64,000 nucleotides of DNA from Savitreella phatthalungensis (Eukaryota). Both the position numbers and the translations under genes were made by a program. How positions within the stretch are numbered: the first letter of the stretch is position 1; every line of letters begins with the position of its first letter. The stretch lies in the NCBI GenBank assembly GCA_051599415.1, contig AP039695.1, positions 248,001 to 312,000 on the forward strand, in the 5' to 3' direction. The notes below the pieces were generated by a model, which was not told where the DNA came from, did no database searches, and worked only from the letters and a program-made list of their open reading frames with translations. Positions 33,874 through 44,655 of this stretch are shown here, piece after piece.

Positions 33874-35397
33874 ATGACGACGCTGCATACGCAGGAACCA
33901 AACACGAATGGCAAGGTCATTTTGACGACCAATCGAGGTGACATCGAGATTGAGCTTTGGTCGAAAGAGGCTCCGAAGGCATGTCGCAATTTCGTACAGC
34001 TGTGCATGGAAGGCTACTATGTCGATACGCTCTGCCACAGGGTCGTGCCCGGTTTTCTCCTCCAGTTTGGTGACCCGACGGCCACTGGACAGGGCGGCCA
34101 GTCGATTTGGGACGAGCCGTTCGAGGACGAGTTGCACAATCGGTTGCGATGGAATCGACGTGGACTAGTCGGCATGGTCAGTGTCAGTGGACGTCGGAAT
34201 GACAATGGTTCTCAATTCTTCGTCACCCTGGCAGAGACACCCGAGCTACAAGGGATGAACACGTTGTTCGGACGCGTTGTCGGCCAAACGATCTACAATG
34301 TTGACAAGATCGGTCGGAGCGAGTGTATGGATGAGCGACCGCTCTACGCTACGGTGATTCAGAAGACTGAGGTCATTGTGAACCCGTTTGACGACATCGC
34401 TCCGCGGACAACCTTGGAGGAGTTGCGGGATCGACGGAGAGCCCAGGAGTTGCAAGCCAGGGCTAGCAAGAAGCCCCGTCCCAAGCCGAGCAAGGCTATT
34501 GCACTCAGCTTTGGAGACGATGATGATGAGGGAGACGCGGCAGGTTTGGCTGCCAGATTCGCGAAGAAGAAGGTCAAGACGACGCATTTGGCTGCGCAAG
34601 ATGAAGAACCAGCTATCTCCTCAAATAAACAACCTACTGTGGCCAACAAAGCCCATCAAAGTATCAAACAAACCAAGTCGGTGTCGCAGGCCCAAGACTC
34701 TATTCGTCCCGAGCGACCTGCGCTGAAGGTTCCCCCACCCACATCTAACGTCGAGTCTGTACCGAGGCAATTGGTGAAAGAACAGATTGCCGCCCTACGG
34801 GATCAACTCCGCGGCAAACAAGCTACGGCATCAGCAGATGAGCCTGACGGACAAGCGACTGTGGACCCACCGTTTGAAAAGCCGAGATCGTCGCTGGCCG
34901 CCTTACAGGCGCAGTACAAGGCGAAGTCCCGTGGCGGGAAACGATTGCGGGAGGGTCGTCTCCATTCAGGTTCAGGCGCGGGTGCCGGTGCTGCAACTGA
35001 TGAAGATGCAACGATGGCGAAACTACGATTGTTCCAAGCGAAACTAGGTGCTCACACAGTCACAGACGAAGAAGAGTCATCGAGAAAGCCTGCAGACGGG
35101 CAGCATCGTGCTGACACGGAGTGCCTGCTACACGGTGTGCCTGGGTGCATGTCGTGTTTCGATCGCCTGGGCGAAATTGACGAAGGTGAAGGAGAGGACG
35201 AGGCTGGTGGCAGTAGCAGGTCTGCACGCTGGCTGTCTCACAAGCTCGAGTTTGCTGAAGACCGGTTGGGCAAAGACCTGTCGTTCAAGCAGCGCGCCGA
35301 AGACGATCTCATCGTCATCGACCCGCGCACTAAAGCAGGCCAGCTCGCTCTTGCGGAAAGAGAAGGTAAGAATCGATCTCGCACGAGAGCCACATAG
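33874..35397 (+). CDS. CWC27: Spliceosomal cyclophilin Cwc27
   Basis: EPNTNGKVILTT..GDIEIELWSKEAPKACRNFVQLCMEGYY, NGSQFF, NPFDDI, the fungal CLLHGVPGCMSC motif, WLSHKL and VIDPR. Confidence 0.95.
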   Translation: MTTLHTQEPNTNGKVILTTNRGDIEIELWSKEAPKACRNFVQLCMEGYYVDTLCHRVVPGFLLQFGDPTATGQGGQSIWDEPFEDELHNRLRWNRRGLVGMVSVSGRRNDNGSQFFVTLAETPELQGMNTLFGRVVGQTIYNVDKIGRSECMDERPLYATVIQKTEVIVNPFDDIAPRTTLEELRDRRRAQELQARASKKPRPKPSKAIALSFGDDDDEGDAAGLAARFAKKKVKTTHLAAQDEEPAISSNKQPTVANKAHQSIKQTKSVSQAQDSIRPERPALKVPPPTSNVESVPRQLVKEQIAALRDQLRGKQATASADEPDGQATVDPPFEKPRSSLAALQAQYKAKSRGGKRLREGRLHSGSGAGAGAATDEDATMAKLRLFQAKLGAHTVTDEEESSRKPADGQHRADTECLLHGVPGCMSCFDRLGEIDEGEGEDEAGGSSRSARWLSHKLEFAEDRLGKDLSFKQRAEDDLIVIDPRTKAGQLALAEREGKNRSRTRAT

Positions 35398-37301
35398 TCA
35401 ACGTCATCAAACGACCCCTACACCTGATCTCCCATACAGGGAAGTGTAAGTACAGAAGCTCGCGTAAATTTTAAGTGTTGCCTAATAAGCTGGAGATGCA
35501 TGTCTCACAAGGACATCCGTCGATCCTATTGATCTGGATTAATGATTGGCTGCACCGTAATTCATTTTTGGCTCCTCGTAAAATCATGCAGCTGTGCCAA
35601 GCTAGCGGTGAGACAATTATTGGACATCGATCACTCATGATCAGCTGATGACGAGTCGCCATGCACCATCTCGAAGACTCTAGGTGTCAGCTGCCATGCA
35701 ATACAATCGCAATCATGAAGAGTCTCGTCAGGCTGCATTGAGTGCGAGGTGGCGAGTATATTGATTCGTGAGTTGGAGGTGCTTGACTTGACACGTTCGG
35801 CGGCATCGGAAGGGGATGCACTGCTGCCCTCCACGTATCGTTTGCAATTCCTTGGGAAGCTACTCAACTGGCATGAGGTTGTCATACACGTTGATGGGTT
35901 CCAACAGACCTTGCCAAATATGTAGCACACTGGATCACGGATACTGGGACGTGTGTGAGCACATGTTTGTAGAGCATTAGATGCTACATGATCGGCGAGA
36001 GGGAAGGTTAAGATAACACTGAAGGTGTTGGTCAGAAAATAACCATTCATGGACATGTGGAATGAATGCGTGTCTAGGCACGCCACTGTGGACGCAATGA
36101 TAAACACTTTCCTAAGCAGAACGCTAGTACGCTCTGCATGGCACCCGTTTCACTCGAACGTCTGGTGGTGATCGGGTCATCTGCGGAAGAATGGATTAAT
36201 CGTGAACACGAGAGCTGAACGAGGAGATTCTCAGGTCGTAGGCGATGACTTTGAAAGGAGAATTTTGTGCGTGCATACGTGGACTCATGCATGGTGGGCG
36301 AGTGGGGTCATATGGTCTCTCCAAAAATTATCATTTCGTCTTTGAGGAGCATGCACATTGTTTCGAAGCCGACCATGCAGGAGCTGCCCTCCCGTGCATG
36401 GCTGTATACGGGGGTGAGACACGACACACATGCCGCACGTGGTTTGAGAATGAAGGTCGGATGTTACATGCAAGAGTTCTCGACCTTAAGGATCCTGTCC
36501 ATGTGTCGACCATCGTTGGTGGTTCCTTTAGCCTGATTGACCGACGGGTCCGGTCAATCACATGTATCAGATTGCTCGGCTTTGCGGTCTCTCGATCTGA
36601 AGGACATCATCAAACAAATATCATTTCTACTTGCCCCCATGCGATACATGTGAAGGGGAACGTGCGAGTCTTGTGGACGTGGCAAATCGATGTCGGTCAT
36701 GCAAAACACGCAAATGAAAGTCTGGGCCCTTAGCAGGCCCTACGATCATTGGTTCCCGATGAAGAGGTCGCGGTGTTCATTCCCAAGTGGTGAATGACCA
36801 GCCAATTGAGGCGTCAGGGGCGTTTCCATCTTGCTGACCCTGCTCACCTGGACAGATTGGAAGATTTTGCACAATTCGGGCACAAAGAGGTTCGGACGCG
36901 AGCGTGGATGCAGGATATTCAACCATATGGCCGAGGTCACATTATGAGCATTTTGGAAAAACGTGGATTGGCGAGCCCGCATTCCATGCACGATCGATCT
37001 GAAGAATAAATGAGACTGATTGTCGGTCATCGGACCGTGAATATTATTCAGTGCAATGACTTCGTAGCCCCACTGTCTGACAAGAGGCCCGCAGAGTAGT
37101 GTTCGGCGACTGCTAAATCGATGCTCCGGAGAGTAATGATCTTCTGATCAAGTCTTCCTTGAGCGAGCGGAACGTAGCTACGAGATTCCCAACTGATGGT
37201 GAGATCTTCCATTGAAGATTCAATCATTCATTCACTGTAAGGTGTCCTGATTGAGCGGAATGGTGACGTAGAACTAGCGGGCGATTGGAGCCACCACTCT
37301 G

Positions 37302-37345
37302 ATTGAGATAGTCTTCATCCACGAATTGAGATAGTCTTCATCCAC
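37302..37345. repeat. 21-bp perfect direct repeat, period 23 (ATTGAGATAGTCTTCATCCAC x2)
   Basis: Copies read directly at 37302-37322 and 37325-37345. Confidence 0.9.
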
Positions 37346-39525
37346 ATAATCTCTGGTCGGAGCTGAATACTCGTCCTGCCCCAACCGACCGCTATCACCA
37401 ATCTATATAGCACAGGCTGTAATCTACAGACTGAAGGTGGTAGGGAAGCCAGGTAGGGTCTATATTGGCGGTTATGTATGTCCATGGCTGGTACGGGCGC
37501 ATGACCATTAACATGGTCGACCCTGCTAAGCTTCATCTTCGATGTCGGGTTTGACCAATTCTCTCCCTCATTTACTTGGATAGTAATCTATCGCTCGAGA
37601 TAGTTGGCTTGAAGAAGAACAGCTAGGAGTTATGACAATGCTGAGTGAGCTCCAGGATGAATACAATTTTTGATTTGAATTGAATCGAGTTGAATCCGAT
37701 GGAGGTGTACATTACAATATATTGCTTGTGATGGTGAACGGAGGTAATTTCCGTCGGAAGTTGATGATAGTGGTGCTACAATTGAAATGTAATTCAACTG
37801 AAACATAATTCATCATACAGATTGTGGAGTTTAGAATTAATGCTGATATGAATGAGGTGAAAATATTTAAGCTCTGAGACCTTGTCTTAGATCCTTGTAA
37901 TCTTTGACTCAGACGATCAATCAAAAGTGAAAGAAAAGTGAAAACTCCCGGGTGAAACTCAAGTTCAATCCTCCAGATTAATACAGCTTTATAGAACGCC
38001 AATGATCATCATCCTACGACAACAAGAACAGACAAGAGGCCAAACACCTGCGAGCCAGGGAATATGAAGCTCAGTATGAAATTGAAGCAGATCTGGTTGG
38101 TACAGATTCAGGTTGGCTGGAATACCTATTCTGAGGATTAATTTACACTTCCATTTCATAGCAGATTGATATTCACCGAAGCCTCTGGTCGTTCTCATCC
38201 TTACCAGTTCATCTACATCATCCCTCTCTGACCATCACCAACCTCTTCGCTCTGCCATTGATTGCCTCATCTTCGCTTCCACTTTCCCTTCCGAGTCATC
38301 TTCTTAGCCACTGCCTTTTCATAGCCCCTACCACTGACCCGCGTTCCAGGGAATGACCTGATGACCCTTCGGCCGTCGAGTCCGTCGCGCATCCCATCTT
38401 CCCCTGGAAGCTAACTTCACCCAGAGTCATTGGCGAATATTTAGTCTTGCTGAATGTCGCACCCCTCGTGCTGCTGCGGCTGCGGCGTCATCGTGGCATG
38501 TGCATGACTATCATTTTATCCTTGCCAGCCCAAGTCGATTCTTCGGTCATCCACAAGGGAATTAGAGATAGTGAGTACGTCGCTCGAAGTGGGCTGCACC
38601 CATTGGGAAGTGACCCATCTGATGATCTGCTCAAACCTTGTCCAGCTCCTCCGACAACGACGATCGAGCACTTACATGTGAGCTGGACAGAGAGTACGAA
38701 CCCGAGAGACATCCGGGTAAGAAGAGATCAGGTTTACATCAGATCCATTTCCAGGTCACTGCCTCGGTGTCTTTTCCCCCCTTCCTCTGCTAACCCCAGG
38801 CTTTTGCGTCTCTGGCGCATCAAACCCTCCGATGGCGTCGTCCACTTCAGTAAGGATCTTCTGCCCGACTCCGATCTAGCCATGTCTATGCGCTCTCAGA
38901 CCTTAGTCTTTCCGGCAAACCATCCTCCATCCGCAGCAAGCGCTCTTCCTGTACTTTTGTGTCTCTCACTTGCGTCAAGGTGGGGCACCGTATCCGCCGC
39001 CAAGTTCTTTCAAGATCACGCTTGCTCAATCTCGATCAATCATCCCCTACCAGCTTGAGACATACCAACGGCCAGAGGCTAGGCCTGCGCAAGCTCCAAC
39101 TCGGACATCTACCATCTACTCTCTACAATATATCTTGACGCCTTCGCAACCTCACCGAGCAAAACATTCGTTCCTCTAACCAGGACCACGCGCGCGCCCG
39201 ATCTCGCGCTTTGCTTCCGACACATTGTCCTGGAGCACGTTGTTGGATTCTCGACATTCTTGGACCACCTTAATATCCCATCTCGGGGAGAGATCATGTC
39301 AGCGCATCGTAACGTCTACTGCTCGTGAGATTGGTCACGTATCAGCATCGATACCTGCGACATCTTGGTCACAGTACAGCACTCCGATCGAGGCCAAACC
39401 CCGATCGTATATAAGCACAGCATCCTTTGGGACTAGCGGTCTAACCCGGTCAGCTTTAGCCCATCGAGACCTCCTTCAGCCTCTCCTTGCTTCTCCTTTC
39501 TCTTTCTCTTTAGAGCCAGGGAGAC

Positions 39526-42480
39526 ATGCTTTCTATAGTGCTCGGCCTTGCAGGGTCGACCACCTCATTCTTCATCCTCATCTGGGCATACTTCTTCAGC
39601 AATGCCAAGACTAGCTCGGGCAGACGTCCGTCGAGCTCAGAACTCAAGGCCCACCGAGGCGATATCCAGTTACCGAGCACATACTCGTATGGAACAGTTC
39701 GCAAATATCCAAAGGCACGCGTCAGAGACTGGGTCGTCGAAATTGTCTGCTTCATTGGTTACTTCTTCAAATCACGCTCGCTGAATGGTTGGCGTGCATA
39801 CAAGACATGGCTTTATGGAGAAAACTATATTTTCAACTTCATGGTGCCAGGCATTCACCTAAAACCCCGAGTTGTCGTTTCGCCACTGCGAGCACATGGA
39901 CGAGCTCTCGACCTTAATTACCTCGCAGACTGGAAGTCTACAAGCGAGACAATCGATGTGATCAACTGCGCATCCTTCGACTACAGTGGATTCGGTGAGC
40001 TTGAGGAGGGAGCAGCACCCGGTCTGCTCGAATGTCTCCAGACTGTTCCACACATGGAAGAGCGCGGCACAGAGATCATTACTCGTGAGGCAGCAATTGC
40101 CGGTGCATCCTTCCTCGGATCAAAGTACTGCCACTTCACTTCCTCTGGTTACACTCTCAACCTAGTCGGTCTACCGGCGATGACTAATGTCGCACTCGCT
40201 GCTCACCCAGGCAAGCGGGTCATCATCTTGCAGGACGCATCAAACCACAACTCCATGTACGTCGGAGGATTCGTTAGCAAGGGTGCAAAGTCGATCCGGT
40301 TCAAGCACAACAGCGTCTCCCAGCTCGAAGACAAGCTGCGCGAGTACAGTGATGGTAATACGCACATCATCGTCGCTATCGAGGGTAACTACTCGATGGA
40401 GGGCGGCCTTCCGCCACTGCCGGCCATGCTGGAGCTCAAGCGACAGTTTGGTTTCCAGCTCTACGTGGACGAGGCTCACTCTTTCTTCTCGATCGGACAC
40501 TCTGGCCGCGGCGTCATTGAGCATTACAATGATCTCGGGTACAATCTCTCGTGGCAGGACGTCGACTGCTATGCAATCACGCTTTCCAAGAGCGCGGGCA
40601 ACATCGGTGGCATGCTCGTGTGCAACGACCGCGCCATCTACGACGCTATCAAAGCACGTGACGTGGAGATGCAGGCGACCGGCGGTGACGGATGCCTGCC
40701 GACCGTCGTCAAGCTCCGCATGATGCAGATCTGGGGAAAAAATTTGCTCTTGAGTCGACGGATGGCTATCCTCCGACAGCACACGGTCTTCATCCTCGAG
40801 AATCTTCATCGCGCAGGACTTGTCGTCCATTCGGACTATCTCTCCCCGATCATCGTCGTCATCACCATCTCAGCCACCAACTGCGCCCTGTTCGGCACAG
40901 AGTGCACGCGACTCGGTCTTGCGTGCACCTGGGCGGGACCGCCGGCCACAGAGGCATGGCGATCAGTTGGTCGTCTCTGCATCAATGCTTTGCTGTCACG
41001 CGAAGACGTTGAGAATGTCGTGCGTATCGTTGTCAAGGCAGCCGTCAACATCGGCGTAGCCTCTCAGGACTGCTTGAAGCGCATCGAGAACCTGCGATAC
41101 GACTTTGAAGTGGACAAGTCCGACCAGGCTGCGCTAGAGGCAGAGAACGATGTCGTCAACCGAGAGGTCCACAAGGTGTTAAAGCTCCAGCAGGAGCAGA
41201 ATGCCCGTGACGGTCTTACAGGCGCCTCTCTCCTGCGTATCCCGCAACAGGTCCTAGCCGAAGGTGCTCAGGTCGTCGCCCAGCAAGGTATCGGCTCTTC
41301 GTCCGCTCGTCTCTTCTGGGGCACTCAGGTCGCTCACGTGAAACTAGAGGACCGACTTGGAAGCATGATCCCGGCACTAAAGCACATCTGCCAGGACCCG
41401 CACGGGATGATGCTCACTGACGCTCGCAACGCCACCGTCTCGACCCTGTCCGCAATCATGACACCACCGAAGAACAAGCGCGCTTGCAACATCGTCCTCC
41501 TGCCTCGCCCACGTGACAAGGCTTCCGGCCGCGCACTCGAGGAAGCCACGATGTCAAACAAGGCCTCTCCGCGTGTAGTGATCCTCCACTATGACGAATC
41601 CCTGGGAATCTCGTCCACCGACTTGGAGCTGATGACATCGGTTGCACGCAAGGCGCCGTCCGTCTTTGTGACGACGTACGTGCGCGCGTGTGACCCTGCC
41701 ACGGGCAAGCACGCTGACCTGGACGACCTGTTCAAGAGTCTGAAGGCATTTCCATCGCGCGCAGGCATCCCATCGAGCAAAGTGTCAGGGTTCCAGGTGA
41801 TGTTTGACGAGTCCCGCACATTCGGCACATACGGCAAGCGCAAGCTCGGTCTCCTCGACCACCTCGCCACCGCGTCAACCGAGGACTTCCTGGCACGTCA
41901 CGTCGCGTCGCTCGGTGGCAAGGACAAAGTCCGGTTCATCTACGTTGGCTCGCTCCACCACGCGTTCGGTCTCCAAGGCGGATTCGTCGTCACCGACAAA
42001 CTCTTCACAAAGATCCTCCAGTGGACCTGCAGAGCCTTCATCTTCACCACAGCGCCCATGCCCTTCAACGTCCACATGGCTCACCTGTGCATCGACAGGC
42101 TGTGTGGGGAGCGGACTGCCGAGGAAGGCTACACGGTGCTGGGTGACGGCGGTCGAGTGATTCGTGAGGTTGCAGAGTCTGAGAAGATGCTGAGTGCGAA
42201 GAGACGTGACTCTGCTGTTCTGGCGCGCGCTGGCGCTGACGACGTCAGGCAGATGATTGCTCGTGCGGAGCTGCGCAAAAAACAGCTAGAAGCCATCCCT
42301 GCATCCACAGCAAACTCCTCAGACACCGAAGACGGCGACACCACAGAGCGAGACTACCTATCCGAGAAGAACAACAACCTCCTCCTAAACCGCAAGCCCT
42401 CAACCGCAAACGCCAACCACAAACCAGGCAGACGTATGAGCGTGGCTGACATGGTCGACCTTCTAGGTCTCGAACCTTGA
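39526..42480 (+). CDS. Single-chain PLP-dependent alpha-oxoamine synthase: serine-palmitoyltransferase-like LCB2-LCB1 fusion
   Basis: N-terminal TM. The LCB2-like half has INCASFDYSG, DASNHNS, FKHN, EGNYSMEG, DEAHS (D315), TLSKS (PLP Lys355) and PPAT...GRLC. The LCB1-like half has GIGSSSARLFWGTQVAH (G588), FDESRTFG (D761), GSLHHAFGLQGGF (G808, no Lys) and FIFTTA. Confidence 0.85.
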   Translation: MLSIVLGLAGSTTSFFILIWAYFFSNAKTSSGRRPSSSELKAHRGDIQLPSTYSYGTVRKYPKARVRDWVVEIVCFIGYFFKSRSLNGWRAYKTWLYGENYIFNFMVPGIHLKPRVVVSPLRAHGRALDLNYLADWKSTSETIDVINCASFDYSGFGELEEGAAPGLLECLQTVPHMEERGTEIITREAAIAGASFLGSKYCHFTSSGYTLNLVGLPAMTNVALAAHPGKRVIILQDASNHNSMYVGGFVSKGAKSIRFKHNSVSQLEDKLREYSDGNTHIIVAIEGNYSMEGGLPPLPAMLELKRQFGFQLYVDEAHSFFSIGHSGRGVIEHYNDLGYNLSWQDVDCYAITLSKSAGNIGGMLVCNDRAIYDAIKARDVEMQATGGDGCLPTVVKLRMMQIWGKNLLLSRRMAILRQHTVFILENLHRAGLVVHSDYLSPIIVVITISATNCALFGTECTRLGLACTWAGPPATEAWRSVGRLCINALLSREDVENVVRIVVKAAVNIGVASQDCLKRIENLRYDFEVDKSDQAALEAENDVVNREVHKVLKLQQEQNARDGLTGASLLRIPQQVLAEGAQVVAQQGIGSSSARLFWGTQVAHVKLEDRLGSMIPALKHICQDPHGMMLTDARNATVSTLSAIMTPPKNKRACNIVLLPRPRDKASGRALEEATMSNKASPRVVILHYDESLGISSTDLELMTSVARKAPSVFVTTYVRACDPATGKHADLDDLFKSLKAFPSRAGIPSSKVSGFQVMFDESRTFGTYGKRKLGLLDHLATASTEDFLARHVASLGGKDKVRFIYVGSLHHAFGLQGGFVVTDKLFTKILQWTCRAFIFTTAPMPFNVHMAHLCIDRLCGERTAEEGYTVLGDGGRVIREVAESEKMLSAKRRDSAVLARAGADDVRQMIARAELRKKQLEAIPASTANSSDTEDGDTTERDYLSEKNNNLLLNRKPSTANANHKPGRRMSVADMVDLLGLEP

Positions 42481-42630
42481 TTCTCCCAAAACACTTCTTC
42501 CCAATTCCTGTAGCGTGTAGACAAAAAAACAACAACCAATTCGAGCACGCTTGCAAAATCGTTGGGACATCATCTCATTTCCGTGTAGTGTAAGTGTACT
42601 GCTATCTATCGTACTGCGGTGGTGGTTGTT

Positions 42631-44655
42631 TTACGCGTGCTTCGAGATCGGCCGCTGAGTGAAGATGGAGACCGGTCTGACTTTGGTGGTCTGCTGCTGT
42701 TGTTGTTGTGAGGAGGGCCCATCCTGTGGGGGATCGAGGTCGATGGGATCGACGTCAATTCGTCGTCGTTGGTCCCGAGGATCCAACCCATCAGCAGCCA
42801 AGAAATCAACCACATCCAGCGGGCTCTCAGCACCGACACCCTCGTCCTCCACCACACCATCACCCCGGGCGATCCTGGTGATCGGTGGCGGTGGCGGATG
42901 CTTGCGCTTTGGTTTAGGTGGGTCGGTTGGGTGGTGGGTGACGGAGAGGTGGACTGAATGATCTGTGGAGTTGTCGGCGTGGTGCTGTGTGGTCGGGAGA
43001 GGGTGAGGAGGGAGAGGGAGATCGGCTGGGTGGTACTCGGTCAACTCAACCAGGCTCTCACCACCCTCTAGACCAAAATCAACCGGTCGCGCGCCTGTCG
43101 TACCCCGCGGACCAGACGAAGGCTTGGGACCGAACAAGGCGAGATTCTTTGGATACAGCCATGACCACCAGTGCTTGGCGGGATGGTGATCGTCGTCGGG
43201 ATCGCGGGCTGTTTTTGTGGTCGTCGGCGGAGGGTGATGGAGGTCGAGGGCGTTCGGGGTGGTGGGTCCGCTTGGCGCTGTGTCTGTGGTCGTGGCGGAG
43301 TTTGCTTTGAGGTGAGCGTTGCGACCGAGGGCGCGCTCGAGGTCAGCATCGTCGTCCAGATGACGCAGGTACCACCACTCCTGGAGACCGAGCCAGATTG
43401 CATTGTCTGCAAACACGGCGCACGACACGTACGCTAGCGGAATCCACGACGAACCGAAAAACTGCGCAATGAAGAGATTGTACTGGTACTGTCGCGAGTG
43501 CGTCGTTGACCCGGACAGCAGCAGGGACGAGCACAGGCCGACCATGACGACGAGGAAGTGAACGATCGGGTAGACTGCGATCCGGACGATCGTATGCCGG
43601 ACTTCCTTCGAAGTCTCTCGTGTCGGGTCGATGCCGAGATTTGGCGCCATCGGCAGTCGGGCCACCTTCAATGTCCGTCGGACTGGCTCCTCGGAGATGT
43701 TCTCTAGCGTCAAGCGCGCTCGATTCTTGGTGCCGGAAAGTGAAGAGCTTGTGCTCAAGAATGACGGAGTGCCGCGCCTCGGGGACGATGGGCCGAGCTT
43801 CGAGGAGCTGCCGGCAGATACAGATGAAAGACGCTTGTCGCGCGTGTGGTGCGGTGTGACATATGCAGAGCCGCTCAATTTGTGTGGATCGATGACGAAA
43901 GTCTGCTCTGTAACTTCGAATCGCCCTGCAAGCCCATCGGCGTTGTTGCTGAGACCGGCAAGGTCAAAGTCCTGTGCAGGTTCGTACAATTGGTTGAGCA
44001 TGAGCTCTTTTACCGCTTCGCTCTTTTGCTGCTTGAACTTGATGATGATGGCAGTGATGGCTGCAATCATCAGAAGTGTGATGATGAAGATCGGCACCTC
44101 GATGATCGCCGTTTGCCAAGGATCGCCAAGAGAAGAGGTCGTATTGGAGTAGAGCCAGCATGAGTACTTCGAGGGCGAGAAGCGGTAAACGTTGAAAAAT
44201 AGTGGGATGGTAGCCATGATGACGGCGAGACCAATTGAGATGGAGTAGTACCAGCGCTGTAGCCTGTAACGGAAGATATCCGGCTTGTAGAGGGCGAGAA
44301 CGAGGTTGATGCAGATGCAAGATTGTAAGAAATTGTTGGCATTGTAGGCAGCCAGGAGCCACCACATGCTGACTGCGCAGACGGATTGCTTCCGCCGTGC
44401 CACCTCTAGACAGGTGATGGCGTAGCCGACGGTGAATGGTATTGTCAGAAGGACGCACGTCATGAGCATACGCGTTGACGATCTGTTGAAGTGGTGGCGA
44501 GTGCGCGGGTCGGCAAAGACGATCAGCGCGGCCAGAAGCACGAGCACCGTCGCTCCGAGGGAGATCATCGTGACGATGAAGGCGACGAGATTGGCCGTCT
44601 CGCCCTCTGCCACCGTCGGCACAAAGCCGTTCAGCGGATCAGTTGAGCCGGTCAT
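42631..44655 (-). CDS. 7-TM G-protein-coupled receptor-like protein (cAMP-receptor/family-2-like fungal type)
   Basis: Five hydrophobic helices, a long S/R-rich intracellular loop, two further helices (RIAVYPIV, SSWIPLAYV) and a long disordered tail. Cys at the top of TM3 (SVCAV) and in ECL2 (YSCW). Confidence 0.8.
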   Translation of the reverse strand: MTGSTDPLNGFVPTVAEGETANLVAFIVTMISLGATVLVLLAALIVFADPRTRHHFNRSSTRMLMTCVLLTIPFTVGYAITCLEVARRKQSVCAVSMWWLLAAYNANNFLQSCICINLVLALYKPDIFRYRLQRWYYSISIGLAVIMATIPLFFNVYRFSPSKYSCWLYSNTTSSLGDPWQTAIIEVPIFIITLLMIAAITAIIIKFKQQKSEAVKELMLNQLYEPAQDFDLAGLSNNADGLAGRFEVTEQTFVIDPHKLSGSAYVTPHHTRDKRLSSVSAGSSSKLGPSSPRRGTPSFLSTSSSLSGTKNRARLTLENISEEPVRRTLKVARLPMAPNLGIDPTRETSKEVRHTIVRIAVYPIVHFLVVMVGLCSSLLLSGSTTHSRQYQYNLFIAQFFGSSWIPLAYVSCAVFADNAIWLGLQEWWYLRHLDDDADLERALGRNAHLKANSATTTDTAPSGPTTPNALDLHHPPPTTTKTARDPDDDHHPAKHWWSWLYPKNLALFGPKPSSGPRGTTGARPVDFGLEGGESLVELTEYHPADLPLPPHPLPTTQHHADNSTDHSVHLSVTHHPTDPPKPKRKHPPPPPITRIARGDGVVEDEGVGAESPLDVVDFLAADGLDPRDQRRRIDVDPIDLDPPQDGPSSQQQQQQTTKVRPVSIFTQRPISKHA

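Noticed and set aside
35631..36733. 158-aa and 162-aa ORFs in the island spacer as possible transposon remnants
   Set aside because: No RT, integrase or transposase motifs, and no LTRs or TIRs recognised.
37302..37345. Direct repeats as a CRISPR-like array
   Set aside because: Only two copies with a 2-bp gap, in a eukaryotic context with no cas genes.
38447..39058. 203-aa ORF upstream of the SPT-like gene
   Set aside because: Non-ATG start, no motif, and lacks the codon bias of real genes here. Treated as promoter DNA, though a small gene cannot be excluded.
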